Part shown: in pieces, positions 48,131 to 57,582 of the stretch
How the letters are laid out: each line of letters starts with the position of its first letter
Numbering within the stretch: position 1 is the stretch's first letter
Assembly (NCBI RefSeq): GCF_048261515.1
Contig: NZ_JBLXFZ010000002.1
Location: forward strand, 23,347 to 87,346
Origin: Celeribacter sp.
GTDB lineage: Bacteria > Pseudomonadota > Alphaproteobacteria > Rhodobacterales > Rhodobacteraceae
Reading direction: 5' to 3'
DNA length: 64,000 nt
The notes under the pieces: generated by a model
What the model was told of the DNA's origin: nothing
Seen by the model: the letters and a program-made list of their open reading frames with translations, nothing else
The model's database searches: none
Program-made: the position numbers and the translations under genes

Positions 48131-49326
48131 ATCGTGTCCAGCGCTGGCTTTTGCATCATGGCGGGAAAGGCCGTGGCCACCATCGCATGAAGATGCGCCT
48201 CGGGACGGGTCAGGGCATCTGTCACGGGCAATCCCAGTTCGGTGGACTGTGCGATGATGGTGTCCGTTATCTCGGCGTCTGTCATGCCCTCGTGGTTCAG
48301 CGTGATCCCGATGACCTTCGTGTCGGCAAAAGCTTCGATCAGGGCAATCTCGCTGGCGGGCGTTGGCATGGGCATCGTGTCGAAATCGCAGCGGTTCACC
48401 CGTTTGGGGGCGTGCTGGAGGATGACCGCATCAGGTTGGCTGCCGCGCAGAATAAAGGCGGAGGTGCAGAAGGCGGGGTGGCTGAGCGCTCCTTGACCCT
48501 CGATCACGATGACATCGGGCTGCTCGGCCTCGGAGGCCGCGACAATCGCGCCTTCGAGCTCGCCACAGCAGAACTGGGGCGGGACGGCGTCCATCGCGAT
48601 ACCGTATTTCGCACCTTGCATCAGGCCTGTCTGGCCTGTGCCGACCAGCACTGTCTTGATCCCCTTGGCGTTCAGCGCACGCGCCAGACAGGTTGCAGTT
48701 GTCCGCTTCCCGATGGCGCAATCTGTTCCGAGGATCGCGATGCGAAGCGCAGGGACATCGGCGACACTGCCATCGAACAGGCGCATATCCTTGCTTGGTT
48801 TGGGTCTGCGGATGTCACGGATGGTGACATGTCGATCCGATGCCGCTTGTGCGATTTCGGTGTCGTCGCCGAGGTATTCGTGCAGGCCGCTGACGATGTT
48901 CATCCCGTGGGCAATCGCTTCCAACACGACAGCACGATCAGCCGGCGAAAGCCGACCCGTCGAAGGGGCCATGCCGTAGATGAAGGTGTCGGGCATATAG
49001 GTTTCACGGGTGATTGCGGCATTGAGATCTTTGACGACGGGAATGGTGTTGCGCACGTCATCAAGAACCAGTCCGCTGTTCTCGCCGCTACAGGTGCTGT
49101 CGATAACGGAGAGGATCTGGTAGGCCTGTGAATGGCGCACGAGACCGTTGGCGGTCTTGCCGTCAATTCTGGCAAAGTTGCCCTCGCAATAGACAACGGC
49201 GGTCGGGTGTGCGGGGATCGGACGTGGCGTGGTCTGTCGTGTGGCTGCACCATGTGTCATGGGGGGAGCTTGAGCGCCCCTGATGGGACGGCGAATGGTG
49301 TCGACCGTCTGGGTTTCAGTTTTCAT
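48127..49326 (-). CDS. DUF1611 domain P-loop protein (DgcN-like)
   Basis: GKTANGL, SGLH, GTDCAIGKRTT, TGQTG, EGQGALSHP. Confidence 0.88.
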   Translation of the reverse strand: MKTETQTVDTIRRPIRGAQAPPMTHGAATRQTTPRPIPAHPTAVVYCEGNFARIDGKTANGLVRHSQAYQILSVIDSTCSGENSGLVLDDVRNTIPVVKDLNAAITRETYMPDTFIYGMAPSTGRLSPADRAVVLEAIAHGMNIVSGLHEYLGDDTEIAQAASDRHVTIRDIRRPKPSKDMRLFDGSVADVPALRIAILGTDCAIGKRTTATCLARALNAKGIKTVLVGTGQTGLMQGAKYGIAMDAVPPQFCCGELEGAIVAASEAEQPDVIVIEGQGALSHPAFCTSAFILRGSQPDAVILQHAPKRVNRCDFDTMPMPTPASEIALIEAFADTKVIGITLNHEGMTDAEITDTIIAQSTELGLPVTDALTRPEAHLHAMVATAFPAMMQKPALDTI

Positions 49327-49396
49327 AATGTTTCCTTTTGGTTGCGAAGCTATCGCATTGGCGGGACCGTGACGGGATCGTCTTGGCGCTGCGTGC

Positions 49397-50224
49397 TCAG
49401 TTGATGAGACGGCATTGTCCCTTGTATTGCTGGAAATTCCTGTTGCATTCCCAACGGTTTCCAGACCTGTCGAGATGGGCGTTTTCGGGGATGTCGATCA
49501 GGTCGCAGCCTGTCTCGGTGGCTTCATAGCCCCGTTGGCAGGACCATCCCTCGCCGTAAGAGGCATCGTCAAAATAGGCGAACTCGGGAACGAAAACGGC
49601 CTTGCACAGATCGTCCTGTGCAAAAAAGCCCCGTTCGCAGGTCCACGGCTCGCCATAGTGCAAACCGTTGAGAAATCCGTTGGCGGGCACAACGATTGGC
49701 GCGCAACCGTTTCCTGCCTGTTCGAACCCGCGCTCGCATTCCCACGTGGAGCCGTTGGAGGCCTCCACGAGATAGCCGTTGTCTGGCACGATGACCTCCT
49801 GGCAGTTGTCGCCGACCTTGAGAAATCCGCGGAGGCATTTCCAGCGTTCGCCCGAGGGATCCAGAAATCCGCCAGCGGGGACAGCCACAGCCACGCAGGT
49901 CGTTTTGTTGACTTCGCGATAGCCGTGGTTGCATTCCCATCCCTGACCGTATGTCCGATTGGTCGCATAGGCCTGCTGGGGAACCACAATGGCCACGCAG
50001 CTCTCACCGTCAGGCCTATACCCGATATTGCATTCCCACCCCTCGCCATAGGTATTGGTGCTAGCGTTTTCGGGCACGGGTTGGGCGATTGCGGGCAGCG
50101 CCAGTAGGAGCAGGGCGAATATCGGACCAAGCAAGGTCCAGAACATCCGGCCATGCCCCGACACGGGGTGGGCGCAGGCGGCGCGTGACGAGTGCTGCGT
50201 TGCTATCGTGTTATGAGCCATCCA
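49397..50224 (-). CDS. Secreted Cys-rich tandem-repeat protein
   Basis: Signal peptide (LLLLALPAIA) followed by 7 repeats of VPxN...WxCxRG(Y/F)...C; start uncertain. Confidence 0.75.
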   Translation of the reverse strand, partial: WMAHNTIATQHSSRAACAHPVSGHGRMFWTLLGPIFALLLLALPAIAQPVPENASTNTYGEGWECNIGYRPDGESCVAIVVPQQAYATNRTYGQGWECNHGYREVNKTTCVAVAVPAGGFLDPSGERWKCLRGFLKVGDNCQEVIVPDNGYLVEASNGSTWECERGFEQAGNGCAPIVVPANGFLNGLHYGEPWTCERGFFAQDDLCKAVFVPEFAYFDDASYGEGWSCQRGYEATETGCDLIDIPENAHLDRSGNRWECNRNFQQYKGQCRLIN

Positions 50225-50564
50225 GCCCGAGCCCTGTGAGGCAAGCGGTGGCGAGGTCACGGTCCGGCGTATCTGTGCCAGGGCGGGTTGCCCAACCCGT
50301 TTCCATCATTGCATTGCGGCGGTCAAAGCCCGAGAGATCGCGAAGCGCGGCAAGTTTCCCGATACGTTCGGGATCAGTGGCAGCCATGTCCATGCATACT
50401 GGAACCATCGCCATGGTCACTTCGTTTTCCGACATTTCCGCGGCCAAGGCCTGAGATTTGGTATGTGTCGTCCAGCCACCCCAATTGAAGCCGAAGACAG
50501 TAATTGCAATAGCGCCGACCACGGCACCGTAGATGCCGGGTTTCGTCCATTCGGGAAAAGTCAT
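50211..50564 (-). CDS. Hypothetical membrane-anchored protein
   Basis: KPGIYGAVVGAIAITVFGFNWGGW TM segment; C-terminal LATAC; AAGGA RBS. Confidence 0.75.
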   Translation of the reverse strand: MTFPEWTKPGIYGAVVGAIAITVFGFNWGGWTTHTKSQALAAEMSENEVTMAMVPVCMDMAATDPERIGKLAALRDLSGFDRRNAMMETGWATRPGTDTPDRDLATACLTGLGLDGS

Positions 50565-51087
50565 ATTTTGATCCTTTGACGGAGAAAGTGCCGTCTCACT
50601 GTGTGTTGCGCTGACAAATCATTTTGTCAGCGCGCTGTCCAAGTCGTTTGATCGACGGTGCCGCCCGTGGCCGTGAGCATTCTGTTCGAAAACAGACCGC
50701 AACTACGCGATGTCATGGCGCAGCTGTGGCGCACGACAAAATCGGCAAGCATCCGAAGCATCAGATTCCTGCTCGGGCATGTGACAGCTGAATTTTGATG
50801 ATAGAATATCGTAATCCACTCTGGCGGGCGACGCGCCACTGCCGAAGAAGACCACAACTTTGTGATCTACATATAGTCTCTTTGCACCCGAATTGCAATG
50901 ATTGTGGTCCCGCTCTTGTTTTGACGCCATAGCGGCGGAAGCACAGTGCGAGCGGGCCGAGCATAGAGAGTGTCCGCAGTTCGTAATTTGGCAAAGCCGT
51001 TTACCATCAAGATCGCTCGAATGAGCCGCGCGGGTATCAGTGCTTGATTTTGCTGCATTGATAGGGTTTACGCTCACACCATAGCGT

Positions 51088-51145
51088 AAGGACCCGGTGA
51101 GAGCCCGGGTGGCTCTTCCGGCCGCTGATCCGCCGGACAACCCTG
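51088..51145 (+). ncRNA. sul1-like cis-regulatory RNA motif
   Basis: GGACCCGGTGAGAGCCCGGGTGGCTCTTCCGGCCGCTGATCCGCCGGA directly upstream of a SulP gene, matching my recollection of the alphaproteobacterial sul1 motif; needs an Rfam check. Confidence 0.6.
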
Positions 51146-51214
51146 TAAACTCCCAATATTTACCGCAGGTCGTCACGTGAAAGACGATCATGCGCAGGGT
51201 AACGGACTGACTAT

Positions 51215-52711
51215 ATGATTTCTATTTCTGACTACCGACAGCAATGGTTCGGGAACATTCGTGGCGATGTGCTTGCGGGTATTGTCGTTGCACTGGCGTT
51301 AATTCCCGAGGCGATTGCCTTTTCCATCATTGCAGGCGTAGACCCCAAGGTCGGTTTATATGCATCCTTTTCCATTGCCGTGATTATTTCCTTTACTGGC
51401 GGACGGCCTGGGATGATTTCGGCTGCGACGGCGGCCACAGCCGTTTTGATGGTCACGCTCGTCAAGGATTACGGGCTTGAATATCTCTTGGCTGCAACTG
51501 TTCTTGCGGGTCTCTTGCAGATCGGGGCGGGGCTTTTGAAGCTCGGGCGCTTTATGCGCTACGTGTCGAAATCTGTGATGACAGGCTTCGTGAATGCCTT
51601 GGCGATCCTGATCTTTATGGCGCAACTGCCGGAGTTGAACCTGAACAACGCAGGCGTCACTTGGCTGACATACGCCCTTGTCGCTTTTGGGTTGGCGATC
51701 ATCTATCTGTTCCCACGTTTAACAACCGCTGTGCCATCGCCCCTCGTGACCATCATTATTCTGACCTTACTCGTCGGGTTCATGGGGTGGGATGTTCGAA
51801 CCGTAGGCGACATGGGCGCATTGCCCGATACGCTGCCCGTCTTTCTCATTCCGCAGATCCCGCTGACGTTTGAGACGCTTGTGATCATCTTCCCATACTC
51901 CGCAGCGGTTGCCGTTGTCGGTCTGCTGGAGAGTTTGATGACCCAGAACATCGTCGACGACCTGACGGACACAAAGTCGGATCGGAACCAAGAGTGCATC
52001 GGTCAGGGGATTGCCAATACCTGTACGGGGTTCATTGGCGGCATGGCTGGCTGCGCTATGATTGGCCAGTCGATCATCAACGTGAAATCCGGCGGGCGCG
52101 GGCGTCTGTCGGCCTTTACCGCTGGCGTCGTGTTGTTGTTTCTTGTTGTTGGCCTCGGTGATCTCGTGGCGCAAATCCCGATGCCTGCCTTGGTCGCGAT
52201 CATGATCATGGTGTCGATCGGCACATTCTCCTGGTCCTCGATTAAAGCCCTTAGAGTGCATCCGCGCTCGTCCTCCATCGTGATGCTCGCAACAGTCGTC
52301 ACCGTGGTCTACACCCACAACCTCGCCATTGGCGTGTTGGTCGGTGTGTTGCTCTCCGGGATCTTCTTTGCGGGCAAAATCGCGCAGCTCTTCCGCGTCT
52401 CTTCGACCCTGTCCTCTGACGGGCGCGAACGGGTCTATGTCCTCGAAGGTCAGCTTTTTTACGGATCGGCTGAGGACTTCGCCGCAGCCTTTGATTTCCG
52501 TGAGGCACTTGACCGCGTGGTCATCGACGTCAGTCGGGCGCATATTTGGGATATCAGTTCCGTTCAAGCGTTGGATATGGTCATCCTGAAATTCCGCCGC
52601 GAAGGTGCGGAGGTTGAGGTCGTCGGCATGAACGATGCAACAGAAACGCTCGTCGACAAGCTTGCGATACACGACAAGCCGGGCGCGTTGGACAATTTGA
52701 TGGGACACTGA
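51215..52711 (+). CDS. SulP family inorganic anion transporter with STAS domain
   Basis: [36 protein letters not shown]-terminal STAS. Confidence 0.95.
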   Translation: MISISDYRQQWFGNIRGDVLAGIVVALALIPEAIAFSIIAGVDPKVGLYASFSIAVIISFTGGRPGMISAATAATAVLMVTLVKDYGLEYLLAATVLAGLLQIGAGLLKLGRFMRYVSKSVMTGFVNALAILIFMAQLPELNLNNAGVTWLTYALVAFGLAIIYLFPRLTTAVPSPLVTIIILTLLVGFMGWDVRTVGDMGALPDTLPVFLIPQIPLTFETLVIIFPYSAAVAVVGLLESLMTQNIVDDLTDTKSDRNQECIGQGIANTCTGFIGGMAGCAMIGQSIINVKSGGRGRLSAFTAGVVLLFLVVGLGDLVAQIPMPALVAIMIMVSIGTFSWSSIKALRVHPRSSSIVMLATVVTVVYTHNLAIGVLVGVLLSGIFFAGKIAQLFRVSSTLSSDGRERVYVLEGQLFYGSAEDFAAAFDFREALDRVVIDVSRAHIWDISSVQALDMVILKFRREGAEVEVVGMNDATETLVDKLAIHDKPGALDNLMGH

Positions 52712-52723
52712 GGGAGGATCATC

Positions 52724-53575
52724 ATGGACAAGATACTGACACTACTGGACGGGTCGGCCTATTCCGAAAGCGTCTGTCACTACACAGCGTGGATCGCGCG
52801 AAAGCTCAATGCCGACGTGGAGGCCATGCATGTATTGGGCCGCAGCGAAGGCGCGGTGACGGGCGATCTTTCGGGCGCGTTGAAACTCGGTGCTCGCACG
52901 GCTCTGCTTGAAGAGTTGTCGTCACTGGACGCCCAGCGTGCAAAACTTGCGCAAGCAAAAGGTCACGCCATTTTGGAGGATGCGAAAGCCATCCTTGAAA
53001 AAGACGGCATTTTGAATGTGAACCTTCGCTTGCGAAAAGGTGATCTTCTTGAGGCGGTTCGCGATCTTGTGGACGACACGCGTGCTATCACGATCGGGAA
53101 ACGGGGCGAGGGCGCCGATTTCGCGACGGGTCATCTGGGGTCCAATCTGGAGCGGATCGTGCGAAGTTCCAAGGTGCCTGTTTTCGTGGCCTCGCGGGAG
53201 TTTCGCCCTGTCACCAAAGTGCTCGTGGCCTATGATGGAAGCGCAAGCTCGAAGGTGGCTATCGAACGCATGTCGACGAGCCCCGTTTTTATCGACCTCG
53301 ACGTAAGTGTGTTGTGCATTGCACAAGATAGCGCACAAGCGCAGAGCATCGCGAATGACGCAGTTGAAAAGCTCACCGCCGCCAATATCGCAGCCACGTC
53401 ACGAACCGCGACAGGCGACCCCGAAGACGCGCTCAATAAACTGGTGTGCGGGGAGGGGTTCGATCTTCTGGTGATGGGGGCGTATGGCCATAGCCGGATC
53501 AGAAGGCTCATTATCGGCTCAACGACCACCGCGATGATCCAATCCGTGAAAATTCCTGTTCTGTTGTATCGCTAA
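52724..53575 (+). CDS. Universal stress protein (tandem USP)
   Basis: LDGSAYS, IGKRGE...GSNLE, MGAYGHSRIRRLIIGSTT. Confidence 0.92.
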   Translation: MDKILTLLDGSAYSESVCHYTAWIARKLNADVEAMHVLGRSEGAVTGDLSGALKLGARTALLEELSSLDAQRAKLAQAKGHAILEDAKAILEKDGILNVNLRLRKGDLLEAVRDLVDDTRAITIGKRGEGADFATGHLGSNLERIVRSSKVPVFVASREFRPVTKVLVAYDGSASSKVAIERMSTSPVFIDLDVSVLCIAQDSAQAQSIANDAVEKLTAANIAATSRTATGDPEDALNKLVCGEGFDLLVMGAYGHSRIRRLIIGSTTTAMIQSVKIPVLLYR

Positions 53576-53721
53576 CGCTCAGGCGGGTCCAAGCGTGGAG
53601 GTGTTGCGAAGTACAATTTTGCCGTAGTGATAAAGGTATAAATGACGGCGGCCCTATCGCCTCACCGCTAGGAACCGGCGAGGAGCCACGACTTACGCCC
53701 TAGATGATATGTAGATATGTA

Positions 53722-53969
53722 GCGTGGCTGTACGATCCTGACTATGTCTCGACCAAAATCATGCCGTCTCCTGTTCTCAAGGACGAGTTGTATTGGGAAC
53801 ATCCAAAGGGCGCGCATATGATGCTGGAAGCCTTCGATCTGGATCGCGATGCGATTTCGAGGACTTCTACAACACGCTGATACGCGCACCAAAAGCGTAA
53901 CCCAATCCCTCCTCCCGGGTGTTAGAGGCCTGTAAGTGCAACCCGCGCTTGCAGGCCTCTATAGGTTTG
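53722..53969 (+). repeat. ~249-bp direct repeat, copy 2 (orphan nucleoside hydrolase 3' end plus hairpin)
   Basis: Matches 45743-45991; has a 1-bp deletion and no upstream part of the gene. Confidence 0.9.
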
Positions 53970-54035
53970 GGAGGGGGGAGGGCGTGAGACTTCAAAAGGC
54001 GTATGCTTGGTCTTTTGCGGCTTGCTTGGCCTCGG

Positions 54036-54770
54036 CTATTGAAAGATCAAGGCGACCTCTGCTTCACTAAGAAGCCTCCATTCCCCTGGTCCTAGCTCGT
54101 TAGAGAGGACCAGGCCGCCAAAACCCTCGCGGTGTAATTCCGAAACGTGGTTTCCGGTTGCGGCAAACATGCGGCGTACTTGGTGGTATCGCCCCTCGGT
54201 AATATGAAGCAGGGCTTCGGTCGGCGAAACCACCTCCAATTCAGCAGGAGCGAGTGGTTTGTCTTCGTTCTCCAATATCATGCGCCCCGAGGCAAACAGG
54301 TCTCCTTCCGTGCCTATTAACGGGCGGGCCAGCTTGACCCGATAGGTCTTTTTTACGCGGCGCTTCGGGCTGGTCGCATGGTGCAGAAGATCGCCATCAT
54401 CTGTGAGCAGCAAAAGACCAGAGGTCTGTTTATCCAAGCGGCCAACAGTTGAGATCCTTGGATCACGCAACCTCCAACGCTTGGGGAGGATGTCATACAC
54501 CAAAGCGCCGTCGTCATTGTGTGAGCAGGTCATGCCCACAGGCTTGTTCAACAAAATAACCATAGGTGCGAGCGGATCGAGAGCCTCACCGTATACGCTC
54601 ATGCGGTGAGGTAAATCTGGTGTGATAGGTATACGCTTGGTGACGTCCACAAGCGTGGAGGCATCGAGAGTGATCCCTCCAGCCTTTGCAATGCGTGCGA
54701 TGTCTTTGCGCGAGCCGTAACCCATAGAGGATAGCAGCTTGTCGAGCCGCGCTGTTGGAACCTTAGCCAT
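54036..54770 (-). CDS. RsuA-family pseudouridine synthase
   Basis: S4-like RLDKLLS, NKPVG, GRLDKQTSGLLLLTDDG, EGRYHQVRRMF; start moved to ATG 54770. Confidence 0.92.
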   Translation of the reverse strand: MAKVPTARLDKLLSSMGYGSRKDIARIAKAGGITLDASTLVDVTKRIPITPDLPHRMSVYGEALDPLAPMVILLNKPVGMTCSHNDDGALVYDILPKRWRLRDPRISTVGRLDKQTSGLLLLTDDGDLLHHATSPKRRVKKTYRVKLARPLIGTEGDLFASGRMILENEDKPLAPAELEVVSPTEALLHITEGRYHQVRRMFAATGNHVSELHREGFGGLVLSNELGPGEWRLLSEAEVALIFQ

Positions 54771-54894
54771 GAATTTGGCTCCCTGAATGGAGGTCCGCCC
54801 CCCCGAGTTCTGAATGACCATTTGAGATTTCCAGATCACAACATGGGCCATTTACAGTCATCTTTAAGGGGCACTTGTGTGTGGAGCACGCGCC

Positions 54895-55785
54895 CTAAAT
54901 GGATGACGGTTTGGCGCGAACGAGTTCAATGCGTCGGTGTGGCGCGAGGTATCCCTTGTCTCGCAGAGCGTCATCGACAAGGCTATAGACCTCGTCGCGG
55001 CAATCGGGATCGAGATCAAAGCGCGATAGCCAGAAACGAAGCGCATAGGTGATGCCACCTTCTTCGTAAGCAAGAACACGCACGTCGGGTGCAGGGTCTT
55101 GTTGGATCAGCTTTGCATCTTTCACTGCATTCAGCATCACCTCGCGAGCGCGACCGACGGGCATGGTGTGATCAAGGGTGATCGCGACCTGCGCCCGATA
55201 CTGCGGTCTGGGGGCCGAGTAGTTGGTGATCCTCTGCCGTGCGATTTGGCTGTTGGGGATGATCATATAGGTCGAGTCACGTGTTAGAATGCGCGTGGTG
55301 CGCCAGCCGATTTCAATGACTTTCCCGCGCGCCAGACTATCAATGTCGATCCAGTCTCCAATGCGAAATGGCCCTTCGACCCCGAGAGCGATACCCGATA
55401 GGGTATCGGCGACAACGTTTCGGATCGCGAAGCCAAGCATGGCAAGGATCAAGCCCGATCCTGCCAAGGCCCCGATCGCACCCTGTCCGAGAAACAGGGA
55501 GATGGCGGCTCCAAACGCCACGAAAAAGAGAAGCGCCGCAATCAGGTCGCGTAACAGCCGTGGATAGGGGCGGTTGCGCGGGCTGGCTGCGTCCAACGCC
55601 ACAGACACCACGCGACTGGCAAGCCATGCGAATGCAAAATAGGCCAATGCAGTGATACTGGTCGACAAGGTGTCATCGGTGCCTATCAGAACCGCGATGT
55701 GCGATGAAAACAGTATCAATCCTGCGCAGATGATTGAGAAAACCGTCGGCCAAATGAGGCGTCTGGCATGGAATTTCGTATTCAT
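54895..55785 (-). CDS. MscS mechanosensitive channel family protein
   Basis: LSGIALGVEGPFRIGDWI, GKVIEIGWRTTRI, IPNS. Confidence 0.92.
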   Translation of the reverse strand: MNTKFHARRLIWPTVFSIICAGLILFSSHIAVLIGTDDTLSTSITALAYFAFAWLASRVVSVALDAASPRNRPYPRLLRDLIAALLFFVAFGAAISLFLGQGAIGALAGSGLILAMLGFAIRNVVADTLSGIALGVEGPFRIGDWIDIDSLARGKVIEIGWRTTRILTRDSTYMIIPNSQIARQRITNYSAPRPQYRAQVAITLDHTMPVGRAREVMLNAVKDAKLIQQDPAPDVRVLAYEEGGITYALRFWLSRFDLDPDCRDEVYSLVDDALRDKGYLAPHRRIELVRAKPSSI

Positions 55786-55859
55786 TTCAGACGCCTCCTT
55801 TGTGGCTCTGAGTTAGTCATGTCTTTGGGAGAGGAGAAATGCCTCGACCTCGCCTGTTT

Positions 55860-56297
55860 CTAGTCTTTGTGGTTTGCTGAAGGTGGGGTCACTTCCATAA
55901 CCGTCAATGTCCGTCGCTGATCGTCACGGGTGTCCCAGTAAAAACTGGCTCCTTCGGACAATCCGAGAAGCGCGACACCAATGGGTGTCATGACCGATAC
56001 GCAAAGGTTCGTGATGTCAGCCTCTTCGGGATAGACCAGCGTGATTGTCTTTTCCTGTCCGGACATTCCGTCCTGATAGGTGACTGTGCTGCCCATTGTC
56101 ACAACATTGTCGCGCACCTTGGCTGGGGCAACGATACGGGCGCGCCCGATTTCATCGAGTAGTCGATCTGCCAGTGCAGGCTGACGCCGCATCATGCTGT
56201 CTGCCAGCTTTTCGAGGTGGGGCAGATCATCTGCGCTGATCACGATTTTTGGGTTGCGCTTGTTTGGTTTCTTGGTGGTCTCAGTCGAAGTCGACAT
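55860..56297 (-). CDS. rnk: Regulator of nucleoside diphosphate kinase (GreA/GreB family)
   Basis: LLDEIGRARIV, VVTMGSTV, TLVYPEEAD, SVMTPIGVALLGL. Confidence 0.88.
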   Translation of the reverse strand: MSTSTETTKKPNKRNPKIVISADDLPHLEKLADSMMRRQPALADRLLDEIGRARIVAPAKVRDNVVTMGSTVTYQDGMSGQEKTITLVYPEEADITNLCVSVMTPIGVALLGLSEGASFYWDTRDDQRRTLTVMEVTPPSANHKD

Positions 56298-56672
56298 GGG
56301 ATGCCTCCTTTAGATGTGGGAAGGTTGTAAGAATGCCTGCAAACGGGAGACGTGCGAGCGGGTGCTCGACGGTCTGCCGGTCGAAGTTGGAGATATGAGG
56401 GATGAAAGGCGGGGAATGTGTTTTCCTACTGGCGATTTAATCGCCAGAGCCGCAATTCAGTACTGTAGGAGGACCCCGGAAGGTTAGGCAGACACGAACG
56501 CGCCTAGACCGCCCGGGGAAGGGAGCGGTTTAGCAAAAAAGTCCGAACTTGATTTGCACATACCATCATGACGATAGAGCTAAGCACACTCCGCTCGATA
56601 GTCAATCTCGATTACGAGACTTAGATTTCGTGACCGACCAGCCACGTGAATTGGCCCCCTATTTCGACTGGA

Positions 56673-57439
56673 CTGTAACCTGGACTGCTGTGATCCCTAA
56701 AAACGTCCTCGTGTTTGGTTAGAGTTTTCCGCTAGATTTTTCTGAGCTGGGAGAGGAGCGGAAATGCATGAAAGCATCGAAGTTCACGGACGCGCAGAAG
56801 GCGTTCATTATCAAGCAAGGCAAGGAGGGCACAACGGTTGCTGAGATCTGCCGTAAGGCGGGCATCAGCCAAGCTACGTACTTCAACTGGAAGAAGAAGT
56901 ATGCAGGCATGTTGCCCACAGATATGAAACGGCTGCGTGAGCTCGAAGACGCGAATTCCCGACTGAAGAAGATCGTCGCTGATTCAGCAGGATCGGCTCA
57001 ATCCGGAGAAACCAACCGCCCAATCCGACCTCGAACGCGAGATCGCAGAACTGCGAAAAGAGAACCGTATGCTCCAGGAGGAGAGGGATATTTTAAAGTT
57101 GAGCCGTACAGCAATCGATCCAATGGAACGATTGTAGGCGATAACGCCAACGCCACGGTGTTCTTTGCGGAGAGCAGCAGATGAGGTTTGCCTTTGTTGA
57201 AGAACAACGCGACATCCCAGTGAACCGCTTGTGTGTGATTGCGGACGTCAGCCTACGTGGCAACCGCGCCTGGCGTCCTCGACCGGCCAGTAGGCGGCAA
57301 CGCACTGACATGGTGTTGCTCGCCCACATCCGAGAACAGTTCCGCCTGCCTCTTGGCAGCTACAGCAGACCCCTTACGAAGCTCTTAGAGACAGGCTACA
57401 GTGACACCGCAAGTGTTCCGCAGGTCCGTCCAGGCTACA
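56673..57439 (+). mobile_element. Nested degraded IS3-family elements
   Basis: IRs TGTAACCTGGAC (56673) and GTCCAGGCTACA (57439); contains the 5' ~294 bp of the IS407-like element (56691-56984) and OrfA/OrfB fragments of a second IS3 (ELRKENRMLQEERDIL; MRFAFVEEQR). Confidence 0.75.
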
Positions 57440-57479
57440 ATCTGATCACCAAGAAGGCGGTGCCAATGAGGCGGTTACT
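57440..57479 (+). repeat. 40-bp perfect direct repeat, copy 2
   Basis: Identical to 5693-5732. Confidence 0.9.
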
Positions 57480-57582
57480 CTTCTCCACCTATGTCCGCAA
57501 CAATAACAGCGGTTTGGTAGGAGGGCAGCTCAGGCCTGTGTAATGGAGCAAACCTCGAGCCAAACTATTGCCGCCAGAAATA

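Noticed and set aside
48052-49131. 359-aa plus-strand ORF
   Set aside because: Shadow of the DUF1611 gene
50608-50633. 11-bp inverted repeat GCGCTGACAAA/TTTGTCAGCGC
   Set aside because: A real hairpin in a 5' region, but single-copy and with no evidence of function
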